A DNA stretch of 64,000 nt from Octopus vulgaris (Eukaryota). The translations under genes and the position numbers were made by a program. The notes beneath the pieces are model-generated. The model had not been told where the DNA came from, did not search any database, and worked only from the letters and a program-made list of their open reading frames with translations. Below are positions 52,190 to 64,000 of this stretch, piece after piece. The stretch's first letter is position 1, and each line of letters opens with the position of its first letter. The stretch is from contig OX597841.1 in assembly GCA_951406725.2 (NCBI GenBank), forward strand, positions 13,516,001-13,580,000, written 5' to 3'.

Positions 52190-52655
52190 TGTATTCTGTT
52201 TGTTTTCTCCCTCCATATTTGTATATCTCTCTATGTATTTTTATCTGCTTGTTTTTCCCTATTTTTTTCTGTGTTTATCTCCTTTTATGTGTGTGTGTCT
52301 ATAACTCTCTCTCCCTCTCTGTCACATCCACCTATCTTTTGTAGCAGCCTATATATATATGTGTGTGTATATATATGTTTGTAGATATATATATATATAT
52401 CTGTATGCCTCTACCTTATTTATATCTATATCTTTGTCTTTTATATCTATACATGTCTGTGTGTCCATCTGTATGACTCTCTCTCTCTAAAATATAGATA
52501 TTTATAGTCAATCTTCCTGTCTCCTTAGCTAGTTCTCTAAATGCTTGTTTCTACATCACATTTCCACAACACCTCTCTCTCTCCCTCTCTCTCTCTCTGA
52601 TGTTATCCTTCAGCCTCCGCATCTCTGCTGATCTCTCCTCCTCTTCTTCTTACAG

Positions 52656-52772
52656 ACAATGGTAACCAATGTCACTTCTCTCCTTAAAACGGTGAAAGCC
52701 GTTGAAGACAAGACGCAAAGAGGTACAAGAGCTCTAGAGTCAACCATTGAAGCTATTAGCCAGGAACTCCGA
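52656..52772 (+). CDS. TLN1: Talin exon (R11/R12): TMVTNVTSLLKTVKAVEDKTQRGTRALESTIEAISQELR
   Basis: cttacag| acceptor, CGA|gtacgt donor; hallmark MVTNVTSLLKTVKAVED..GTRALE; continues directly from DSAK after a 21.65-kb intron. Confidence 0.97.
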
Positions 52773-52778
52773 GTACGT

Positions 52779-52810
52779 ATCATCATCATTATTATTTTTA
52801 TTATTATCAC

Positions 52811-52843
<33 letters not shown>

Positions 52844-53093
52844 CATTATTATTATCATTTTTATTATTATTATCATTATTATTATTATCATTTTTATTTT
52901 TATTATCATTTTTATCATTATTATTATTATTATTATCATTATTATTATTATTATCATTTTTATTTTTATTATCATTTTTATCATTATTATTATTATTATC
53001 ATTATTATTATTATTATTATCATCATTATTATTATTATTATCATTTTTATTTTTATTATCATTTTTATCATTATTATCATTATTATTATTATT
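52779..53093. repeat. (ATT/ATC)n microsatellite, likely tail or target of the adjacent R4/Dong-like fragment (53094-53283, -)
   Basis: Directly visible; abuts the 3' end of the LINE. Confidence 0.9.
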
Positions 53094-53914
53094 TAAGACG
53101 TCGCACAGTATCCAATATCGTGAGGTTGTTGATTGAAGATATTGTGTCTACTGGGAGTTTGCACTGTTTGTCAAGTCACAACAAGGACCTCAGACAGACA
53201 CTACTTTATGCAATATGTGTGCAGTTCCAAGTAATGCCAACTTTTGCAATACATCTAGATTGTAGGGTATTTCTAAGGTTTTCAGATTGGGAGGTATTGA
53301 ACCCAATGCTTGGTTGACAATAGGGATAATGATGAAGTACTAGAGGTTGATTCGACTAAAAATTCTTCGGGGCAGTGCCCCCACCCCCCCACCCCCACCA
53401 TGGCCACAGTTTAAGTAAAAGACAAGACATCATACATTTCAGTGTATAGAACGACTGGAATATTTCTTTTGTGCTGAGCAGGCAGGAATGTTAGCACGCC
53501 GGGCGAAATGCGTCGCCGTATTTCGTCTGCCGCTACGTTCTTGAGTTCAAATTACACTGAGGTCAACTTTGCCTTCCATCCTTTCATGGTTGATAAATCA
53601 AGTACCAGTTATACACTGGGGTCGATGTAATTGACTTAATCCTTTTGTCTGTCCTTGTTCGTCCTCTCTATGTGGGTAGTAAAGAAATAAGTATTTTGTC
53701 TGCTGTTATGTTCTAAGTTCAAATTACACTGAGGTCAACTTTGCCTTGCATCCTTTCATGGTTGATAAATCAAGTACCAGTTATACACTGGGGTCGATGT
53801 AATTGACTTAATCCTTTTGTCTGTCCTTGTTTAGCCCCTTGTGGGGCAGTAAAGAAATAAATATTTCTTCAGCATCATCGCATCTCAACTCTCTTGTGCT
53901 TTTCTCTTCTCCAG

Positions 53915-54100
53915 GTGTATCAGTCCCCAACTCCGCCTGACCAGAAAGCCTCAGCCGAAGATCTGATACAATACACAAAGCCTATCACCACGGCAACGAC
54001 CAAAGCTGTTGCCGCCGGAAACTCAGGGAACCAGGATGATGTTATAGTGGCAGCCAACATTGGACGCAGGGCCATCTTTGATCTTCTCAATGTTTGCAAA
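53915..54100 (+). CDS. TLN1: Talin exon (R12): VYQSPTPPDQKASAEDLIQYTKPITTATTKAVAAGNSGNQDDVIVAANIGRRAIFDLLNVCK
   Basis: ctccag| acceptor, AAA|gtaagg donor; motif TKxITxATxKAVAAGNSxxQxDVI. Confidence 0.97.
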
Positions 54101-54680
54101 GTAAGGATGCTAATTCTTGTTGTCATGGAAACCGGCATCCAATGTCATTTGGTTCACCGGGCAGAATATAAAAGAAGTTGAATTTAACCCTTTTCATGCC
54201 AATCCACTGGAGACCACCATTGCTGGCTCTCTGATAACAAACTTCCTTCTTTTAATGTAATCTAAATTAAAACCAGATTAATAATAATTTAATTAAATTC
54301 TTTATTATTTCCAAAATGAATTGAAACAAACGCAGTGGATTTCAACACAAACATGGTTACAAAAGGTTTGGGGTTTAGCCCTTTAGATACCAATCCACCA
54401 GAGACCATCACTCCTGGTTCTAGGATACAAACTTCCTGTTTTAAAGCGATCAAAATTAAAATCTTCTATCGAAATTTCACACCAATTTCTGTTCCAAGAC
54501 TAAGAATTTTACTAAATTCTTCAAAAGCAGTTTATTTCAATACATGTATGGTAACAAAAGGGTAAAGTGATCCTTGCTCTCAGATCTTATTTGAAAGTTT
54601 TTTGCTTTGAAGCCCCGTTCTGAACCCTTGACCATTATGTTTCCTCTTCTGCCTCACACTCTGTATCTTCTCTCTTCTAG

Positions 54681-54785
54681 GCTGCTTCCTTTACCGGAGA
54701 GACAGCAGATATCCGACAGAAGACTCAAATGGCTGGTTGTTCTTGTGCTATGGCATACAAAGAAGTCCTTGAGCATGTTAGCTAC
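54681..54785 (+). CDS. TLN1: Talin exon (R12): AASFTGETADIRQKTQMAGCSCAMAYKEVLEHVSY
   Basis: ttctag| acceptor, TAC|gtaagt donor; aligns with AAYHPEV..VRLRALHYGRECANGYLELLDHV. Confidence 0.92.
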
Positions 54786-54839
54786 GTAAGTATTACATCA
54801 CACCTTTGACCCTTTTTATTAAATATCCGACCCCTATAA

Positions 54840-55770
54840 CCATGGAAAAGTGGATGTTAAAACAAAGATGATGATGATAGCCAGTTAAAAGGTTTGCTTC
54901 CAAGCCAAATCTGTACCAAATGTTTCTTGGCATGGGTTGGACAATTTGACCAGAACTGGCAAGGTCAGAAAACTGCGCCAAACTCTGCTCTCTGTTTTGG
55001 TATGGTTTCTACAGCTGGCTCTCTTTCCTAATGCCATCCACTTTACAGAGTGTACTGGGTGCTTTTTTACTTGGCCACCATCACGAGGGCTTTTTTACAT
55101 GGCGCCAGTACATTTTATGTGACATCAGCACCAGTGAGCTCTTACGACAGACATTATCATTTAAATGTCCGCCTTCCATGCTGGCATGGGTTGGATTGTC
55201 TGACAGGAACTGGCCTGGCAGGAGCCTACACCGGACTTCTGTGTCTGTTTTGGCAAAGTTTTTACAGCTGGATGCCCTTCTTAGTGCCAACCACCCAGCA
55301 GGGTGGACAGACACATATCCTCATCATCATCATGATCACTTAACGTCCATTTTCCATGCTAGCATGGGTTGGACGGTTTGACCAGGGTCTGGGAAGCCAG
55401 AAGGCTGCACCAGGCTCTAATCTGATCTGGCAGTGTTTCTACAGCTGGATGCCCTTCCTAACACCAACCACTCTGTCAGTGTAGTGGGTACTTTTTACAT
55501 GCCACCAGCACAGGGGCTACAGGAGGCTGGCAATGGCCATGATCGGTTGGTGTTTTTTATGTGCCACCGGCACAGAAGCCAGTCAAGGCGGCACTGGCAT
55601 CGGCTACATTCGGATGGTGCTTTTTACGTGCCACCGGCACAGGGATCACAACTACAATTTCCATTGATGTTGATGTACTTGGCTCAATAGATCTCCTCAA
55701 GCACAGGGTCAAAACGGGGTTTTTTTTACTTGCCACCTGCACAGGAGTCAGTCCAGCGGCACTGGCAATG
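54840..55770 (-). mobile_element. Cluster of RTE 3'UTR-family repeats
   Basis: At least three copies of catgggttgga...ctacagctggatgcccttc. Confidence 0.75.
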
Positions 55771-55901
55771 ACCGGGTGCCAGTTATTGGATTTGGTTCAA
55801 TTTCAATTTCACTTGCCCCAAAATACACATTTGTTTTTTTAATTATATTTTACTTAGCTTTTATTTTTGTTTCTGTTTCTTTTTGCCCTTCTTCGTTACA
55901 G

Positions 55902-56007
55902 GCTCTACAGAAACCCTCAGCTGAATCGAAACAAAACATGGTGAGCGTGTCAAGAAATGTGGCCACGTCCGTCGCAGAAATTGTGCAGTGTGCGGAAGCT
56001 ATCAAAG
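55902..56007 (+). CDS. TLN1: Talin exon (end of R12): ALQKPSAESKQNMVSVSRNVATSVAEIVQCAEAIK(G)
   Basis: gttacag| acceptor, AAAG|gtgata donor (phase 1); matches LQKPSPELKQQL...SKRVAGSVTELIQAAEAMKG. The expected next exon (xWVDP.DPTVIAE) was not seen in the window. Confidence 0.94.
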
Positions 56008-56171
56008 GTGATACAGCACTTCATTCTTTTTTCTGTGTGTTCCGGGTATATGGGGTGGGTCAAGGTGGAGGGATTGTTATGCACTTGGGGTATCAACACA
56101 GCATATGTGCATACAGACAGACTGGATAGCTTTTACTCAAGCATACATGCATACATATTTGCCTATGTATG

Positions 56172-56209
<38 letters not shown>

Positions 56210-56384
56210 TGTATACGTACATGCATATATATATATATATACATGCATACATACACACACATATATGCATACATATATACATATGCATACATACATACAT
56301 ACACATATATGCATACATGCATATATGTATACATACATACACACACGTATACATACACACACACACACACGTATACATATACAC

Positions 56385-57832
56385 ACACACATGTATACAT
56401 ACATACACACATGTATACATAATACATACACACATGTATACATAATACATACACACATGTATACATAATACATACACACATGTATACATAATACATACAC
56501 ACATGTATACATAATACATACACACATGTATACATAATACATGCACACATGTATACATAATACATGCACACATGTATACATAATACATGCACATATGTAT
56601 ACATAATACATACACACATGTATACATAATACATGCACATATGTATACATAATACATACACACATGTATACATAATACATACACACATGTATACATAATA
56701 CATGCACACATGTATACATAATACATGCACACATGTATACATAATACATACACACATGTATACATAATACATACACACATGTATACATAATACATGCACA
56801 CATGTATACATAATACATGCACACATGTATACATAATACATGCACATATGTATACATAATACATACACACATGTATACATAATACATACACACATGTATA
56901 CATAATACATGCACACATGTATACATAATACATGCACACATGTATACATAATACATACACACATGTATACATAATACATGCACATATGTATGCATAATAC
57001 ATACACACATGTATACATAATACATGCACACATGTATACATAATACATGCACACATATGTATACATAATACATGCACACATGTATACATAATACATGCAC
57101 ACATATGTATACATAATACATGCACACATGTATACATAATACATACACACATGTATACATAATACATGCACACATATGTATACATAATACATGCACACAT
57201 GTATACATAATACATGCACACATATGTATACATAATACATGCACACATGTATACATAATACATACACACATGTATACATAATACATGCACACATATGTAT
57301 ACATAATACATACACACATGTATACATAATACATACACACATGTATACATAATACATGCACACACATGTATACATAATACATACACACATATGTATACAT
57401 AATACATACACACATATGTATACATAATACATGCACACATATGTATACATAATACATGCACACATGTATACATAATACATACACACATGTATACATAATA
57501 CATGCACACATATGTATACATAATACATGCACACATATGTATACATAATACATGCACACATGTATACATAATACATACACACATGTATACATAATACATG
57601 CACACACATGTATACATAATACATACACACATATGTATACATAATACATGCACACATATGTATACATAATACATGCACACATGTATACATAATACATACA
57701 CACATGTATACATAATACATGCACACACATGTATACATAATACATACACACACATGTATACATAATACATACACACATGTATACATAATACATGCACACA
57801 TGTATACATAATACATACACACATGTATACAT
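56385..57832. repeat. 23-bp (variant 25-bp) minisatellite, ~60 copies
   Basis: Unit catgtatacataatacat(a/g)caca. Confidence 0.95.
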
Positions 57833-60124
57833 ATGTGCACGCATTCGGACACACACATATGCAGTAGAATTAGGATATTTCACATAATAATCTTCATTCG
57901 AACTCTCTCAGAAGAATGGTCAGGATACAGGATTCTCTCAGTGGTAGAAGTCTGGGGACATTCACTGTAACAGCATCGACCAATTGTTAGTGATTCTCCA
58001 TTCCTGGCAGGTGACGCTTTTGCACCACCATTCAGGCAAAAGCCCTCCAGCCCAGGGATCTGTTCAGGATGGTCATCACTGGGGTTTTTTTGCAAGGTCG
58101 GAGTGCAAATCTTAACTCAACTCTCTTCTCATTGCTGTTTACAACATGCAAAAGAAACGTTGGGTCTATTCTTTGACGTGCCGGTCCCAACACAGCACCA
58201 GAGCAAAGTCAAATTAAGGGTTTTGCCCAAGAACATAACACCTCACTCGCTCCAAGGATCAAAACTACAATCTTATGATCCTGTGTAGAACTGCCTAACC
58301 ACTAGGCTCTGCGCATTCGCTCAAAACTAACCTCATTTTAATCATATCAGGAAAAGACAACTCCAAACATGCTTAAATGTTATTGCACCTCATCAGTAAG
58401 CTATACACTTCACAATGTTCGCATCAAACTTGCATCAGGAGAATCGCTCTGTCTGTGTACAATGTCAGGTTCTCTAGAATTCCAGAATTCCAAAATGGTT
58501 TCGGCATGTGTGTGACCCCTGCCGCCATGACCCTTACTTTTAACGTTTTGGCAAATAATTGTAGCATTTGAAACCCTTGCTTTCTGCACAACCATTTCCT
58601 TTCACTTGTACCTTACCTTGCCCTCACCTCTCCACAGTTTTCAGAGGTGGTGGGCATGTTTTGGGTTGGTTTTCTTTTTTGGTCTGTGTTCAGGTAAAAC
58701 TAAAAAAAACAAAGAATTTTCCTATGTTTTTTTCTTATTTTTTTCTTTGTTTTTCTTTTTGTTGTTTGGAAATTTTATTTTTTAAATTTTAGAATTATTT
58801 TATTATTAATAATAATAATAATATTAAACTATTGTTAGTCTAGTTACATTCATATACACACATGGTTATACACACAGCAGACTATACAACTTTTAGGCTT
58901 GTTCCCTCAGAAATACAAACCAAAATCTTTTATCTTAATTCATGTCACTCAATTGACTGTGGCCATGCTGGAACACTGCCTTGAAGGGTTTCAGCCCCAC
59001 ACACACACCCTACACATTTATACACAGAACAAATAAATATACCATTTTATACTTGCTGTTTTTCACTTATACACATGCACTAGTATATACACACACACCA
59101 ATATACACTCACTCGTATACATACCATTGGTGCACTGATCAATACTCACACACACCAACTTACACATTTGCTCACATACTCATATATACATGCATACGCA
59201 ATAGTGTACACATACAACACACTATCATGTGCACACATGAATGCATGCATACACATGCACAGGCTCACGTGTATTGAGATGCATATGTGTGCAAGTGCAA
59301 CACACATCCGCACACTTACACCTAAGTGCACACACAATGGCCCAACACATGCGCCCGCTTTCCACCCCATCCCCGTATGCTACTACACCCAGCATAAGGC
59401 TTTACTGCATTCTTATTGGTTGGGAGGTAATGAAGGATAAACTATGTACCAGTGGTGTCCTTGGGTCTATTTGCTCACCCAGTCCTGTTTCATATTTTCT
59501 CCCCTACAAAACCAAAACACACAGAAAAAAAATTAACATATTTTACTGTTTAGTTTCAAAAAATATATTCAATATTTTATTAGAATTTGTAAAATTTTGA
59601 AATTTTCTGTTTAAGTGATTTTCTGAAATATGCATATATATATATATATGCACACATACTGTATTTTGTGGTATATAAGATGCCCTGTTTTTAACCCCAA
59701 AATATCCCCAAAAAGCCACCCTAGGTCCTATATTCATGGTTGGGCCTCCCATAAGCTTTAATGCTCAAAAGACCCCCCCCCCACCTTTTTATTTTCTTCT
59801 CTTGAGAATACACTGCTGATTCTTTGGTGCATCTAATATGGCCAAACATCGGCAAGCTGGCAGAAACGTTAGCATGCTGGGCGAAATGCGTAGCCGTATT
59901 TCGTCTGTCGTTGCGTTCCGAGTTCAAATTCCGCCGAGGTCGACTTTGCCTTTCATCCTTTTGGGGTCGATAAATTAAGTGCCAGTTATGCACTGGGGAT
60001 CGATGTAATCGACTTAATCCCTTTGTCTGTCCTTGTTTCTCCCCTCGTGGGTAGTAAAGAAATATATTTTATGTCATCAAATACAATGTGTGTGTGTGTA
60101 TGTATACATAAATATATATGTGTG

Positions 60125-60179
<55 letters not shown>

Positions 60180-61882
60180 TGGTAACTACTGGTTTTGCAT
60201 CTGTACCAAGCGTCATGGATGTGGCAATCACCAGACAGACCTAGAAACAAAGAACCTTCTCAAAGAACTGAATTTGGTGTTGCGCTCTCTGGCTTCTCCA
60301 AGAGCTGTTTGTTTCCATGTTCTTCTGGTGATTGCTGTGGACATGAGACTTAACGATATTGATCAGTAATTACCACTAATTAGTGAATATCTCTGTAAAT
60401 ATTTTACCTCTGTTAAATGTTTTGTGTTTGTGATAACACTAGCAACTTGTAATCCATCTGTCAGTATATCAATGTATATATATATATGTATATATATGAA
60501 ATAATGTATATATAGTATAAGCAAGAACTGTTTGTATACAAATATATATGTGTGTGTGTGTGGTAAACAGGGTTAGACTAGCAATTCTTACCTGCAGCTC
60601 CCAGGGTCGTGTGCAACTCTCAAATATCCTTCTGCTGGCCCTTAATGCTTTTCTCTCTATAAATATATATATATATATTACCACAAGAGTGGCTGTGTGG
60701 TAAGTAGCTTGTTTACCAACCACATGGTTCCGGGTTCAGTCTCACTGCGTGGCACCTTGGGCAAGTGTCTTCTACTATAGCCTCGGGCCGACCAAAGCCT
60801 TGTGAGTGGATTTGGTAGACGGAAACTGAAAGAAGCCCGTCGTATATATGTATATATATGCGTGTGTGTGTTTGTGTGTCTGTGTTTGTCCCCCTAGCGT
60901 TGCTTGACAACCAATGCTGGTGTGTTTATGTCCCCGTTACTTAGCGGTTCGGCAAAAGAGACCGATAGAATAAGTACTGAGCTTACAAAAGAATAAGTCC
61001 CGGGGTCGAGTTGCTCGATTAAAGGCAGTGCTCCAGCATGGCCACAGTCAAATGACTGAAACGAGTAAAAGAGTATATATATATATATATATATATATTG
61101 TATTTTAACATGTATGAACCCTGTAATTTTTGGGAAAATTTGGAAAAAAGGTTTTGTAAGGGATTATGATATTATCCATGTATGAGATATCTTAAGATAT
61201 CTTGTCCAGACAAATACAACTAAAAACAATACCTCTGCTTTTGCTAAGGCAGAAGCAGTAATGATAATATATGTATGTATACATAGATATATACACATGG
61301 TTGGAATGCAAAGCAGTGATGGGGACTAAACAAAATTGTCAATCAGTTCAAATACATTTGGGGGACATATTTAACCTGTAAAAAAACCCTCTTTTCACTC
61401 TGGATTATCAGAGAGAAAAATTTCTGCTTTAGGCAAAAAGTGTAAAAAGTATCCCCCCCATGGACCCTTTTTTACATTTCAAACTACTTATCCTCTCATT
61501 AGTGTTAAAATTCAAGTGAGATAACTACAAATGAATGAAAGCCTCCACTTCCTTATAAAAAGAAAATTTAGTTGAAATTATCCACATATACACACATATA
61601 TATATTATAAATACACACAGATTGTACCAAAGTTAATATTTTTTTATATATATATATATATATGTATATATTATGTTTTTATGTTTCTTTCCTTACCACA
61701 CTATGGGATCAAATGCTAACATAATATATATATACATACATACACATATGTGTATATATGTGTATATACACTCACCATGTGGCACCAATTGTTGCATTGT
61801 TATTGTTGTTACCGACGCCTCTTTGCAAAACTCATCAGAAATTTCTGTTGTCTTCAGCTTTAAGAGTTTTTCGTTTTTACAG

Positions 61883-61906
61883 CTTACTATATCCAAGATA
61901 ACGAAG
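61883..61906 (+). CDS. Candidate 24-nt alternative microexon of talin, (A)YYIQDNE(G), R12-R13 linker
   Basis: gagtttttcgtttttacag|CTTACTATATCCAAGATAACGAAG|gtttgt; phase 1/1 matches the upstream donor; no stop codon. Confidence 0.55.
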
Positions 61907-62512
61907 GTTTGTGGTTTGCTCTCCAAAAGCAATGTGTTGTGTGTTGGCCCTGAAACACTGCCCCCATGCCCCCTGTTTCTTTTTTTAACTTCTCCAACAT
62001 TCAGTCAAAAATTTTGCTAAAAAAAAAGAAAACCCTCTTTTTTATTTTTTTTTTTGTCGTTGTGTTATGGTTTTAAGATGGACAGCCAAGAGTTTGGTCA
62101 AACTTGTGGTCAAATTATAAAAGTCTTCATTGGAAATGCTAATACATGTACAACGAATAATAATTAGCGTCTCCAACATAATTAAATTCATTCACTAAAT
62201 TACCTTTAGCAATCAGATTAATCTGTCAAATGCGATCCTTATTTCTTCAGATATTGTTTTGAATTAATCCTGGATTATCTCATAGCTTTGAGATTCCAGT
62301 GATTTGATTGTTTATTGCTTACAATGACATTGTAGGGTAGGTGTGAGAGTCTGGATCTGTCTTAGTTGTATAATTTTGCAACCTTGACTATGTATGTATG
62401 TGTGTGTGTATGTATGTTTAAATAATGAGGGTAAAAATTAATATTAATTAAATCAATATCAATTTAAATCAGTGGCCTAGCATATTTAAAAAGTCCAAAG
62501 ATTCAGAAAAAT

Positions 62513-62897
62513 TATATTACATACATATAAGAGGAATGACTGATAGGTGGATTCCTAATTTGCTAAAGGTAGACCCCATATGGTCTGACCATTAAGAAAA
62601 ATTGTTCCCAAGAAATCTCGGCAAATGCCAGAACATAAATTGAGCAAGACAAATGAAAAGATACAAAGATTAGTGATAAGTCACATACCTAGGTTTCATT
62701 GTTACCATTTACATTGTGTAAATGTCTGCAGATCATCAGTGTGACCGTCTTAGAAAATATAATTTGCAAAACTATACACAAGACATCCTCCAGAGAAAGA
62801 ACTTCTAATTTTTCTTAATGGTCAGACCATATGGTGCCTACCTTTAGCATATGAACAATCCACCTAGTGGTCATTCCTGTTATATGTATGTATTATA
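62513..62897. repeat. Inverted repeat, ~90-bp arms (probable Penelope-like pseudo-LTR pair)
   Basis: ggaatgac..aggtggatt..tgctaaaggtag..ccatatggtctgaccattaagaaaaatt and its reverse complement at ~62806-62897. Confidence 0.7.
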
Positions 62898-63013
62898 TAT
62901 ACTTATATAGATCAAGTAGGTACTGTAAATTTAGAGTGAATACTTGATAAGTGTAAGCACCTGTATATGCCAAATAGTGGCAGAGGTGAGAGGGTATATG
63001 TATCAAATATAAA

Positions 63014-63197
63014 TTAAAAACAGAACATAAAGGATATCGCGGTACATGTGTTTCAAGCTTTATAAACACGTTTCAATGTTTGCGGCTGAAGAGAGCTTTA
63101 AACCATCTTTTATATCAATAATACACTGATGTAAGAACGAATTGTTTATAAAGCTTGAAACACGTGTACCGTGATACCCTTTGTGTTCTGTTTTTAA
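63014..63197. mobile_element. Penelope-like inverted repeat with degenerate hammerhead
   Basis: ~55-bp arms; cac-CTGATGT-aag..ctt-GAAAC-acgt-GTA-ccgtg. Confidence 0.6.
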
Positions 63198-64000
63198 CAT
63201 ACATATATATATAGAGATATGTACACCTGCGTGAATGTTATATTTTGGATGTCCATCTCTCCAAACTTTACGGTGACCACCACTACAAACAGCAATGATT
63301 GTCAACAGTGAGTGTTTGTTGTATTTCTTCATTAACCACGTTAATTACTGGTTTGTTAGCAACAATCAATGCACCAAATACCATAACAACGGCTTAAGAG
63401 GGTTTTTTTTTTTTTAGTTTTTTTCTACTGACATAATGAATTTGTTTGTTGTGTGTCGTTAAAATAATTATAATTAATTAATTAATTAATTTATGGATTC
63501 AATTTCTTTTCAGTTCTTTCAATACTTTATTCATTTCTTTTTAAAATCAGTCATTTTTTTTTCCCCTTTTTTTTTTCCCTTTTTTTTTTTCCATTTTTTT
63601 TTTCTGTGGTAAATATGTCTTGGGTCAGCTCTTTCGTTTGGTTGGGAGAAAATTTTACCAAAACTTATGTCCAAGGTGAAAGTTATTGCTCTGGGGGAGG
63701 GCATCACAATCACAGTGTGTGAGAGAGGGAGACACAAACAAACAAAAGGGCCAGACATCTGTACATGTCACAAAGGGACACCACATTTCATTGTTGTGCC
63801 CTTGTTGTCTCATGTGTCTTGTTATTAAGGGTTGTCCACATCCAGGACCAGTAGCCTCTGCATTTCTGAGCAACACCTTAGTGTAACTCATTTGAAGATG
63901 ACCGAGGGAGGACAATGTGAAGTAGTTTCTTGACCAAGGATACAAATGTGCTTCTTGATCAGAGGATTGAACTGACAAACTAATGCAAATTGAACTGGCA

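Larger units (their letters stand above)
14661..56007 (+). other. TLN1: Talin gene model (partial; 16 coding exons in window, rod domains R8/R7-R12; 5' and 3' ends outside window)
   Basis: join(14661-14822,15424-15564,16357-16538,17163-17397,18844-19014,21242-21388,24208-24309,25373-25492,26396-26542,27304-27470,28636-28819,30878-31003,52656-52772,53915-54100,54681-54785,55902-56007) gives 2398 nt with an open frame and matching phases; colinear with human talin-1 recalled from memory (~1491-2296). Invertebrates generally have one talin, so TLN1 is a nominal label. Confidence 0.96.

Noticed and set aside
56385-57832. CRISPR-like periodicity
   Set aside because: No unique spacers; eukaryotic intron
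56093-57883. Three 560-600 aa minus-strand ORFs
   Set aside because: Translations of a stop-free 23-bp minisatellite; no coding signal

Overview
AT-rich, microsatellite-dense eukaryotic DNA. The repeat landscape resembles Octopus/coleoid cephalopod genomes (inference from recalled repeat families, not verified). The whole window lies inside one + strand talin gene. Sixteen GT-AG exons (14661-56007; 2398 nt, about 800 aa) splice phase-consistently into a protein colinear with human talin-1 ~V1491-G2296 (rod domains R8/R7 to R12). The gene continues beyond both ends. Most introns are 0.6-2.8 kb, but three are large: >14.6 kb at the start, 21.65 kb inside R11, and >8 kb at the end. Introns are filled with tRNA-derived SINEs, RTE/R4/Hero-type LINE fragments, Penelope-like remnants with hammerhead-ribozyme motifs, Helitrons, hAT and TTAA MITEs, and micro/minisatellites. 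Almost all ORFs in the supplied track are microsatellite artefacts. Best leads: a candidate internal first exon (ATG|GTGAGT) that would make a C-terminal-only talin; candidate terminal/micro-exons in the same intron; a frame-preserving 24-nt microexon at the R12-R13 linker; many hammerhead motifs in the pre-mRNA; a hAT MITE pair with swapped 8-bp TSDs; and an inverted ~580-bp cassette bracketing four in-frame exons.
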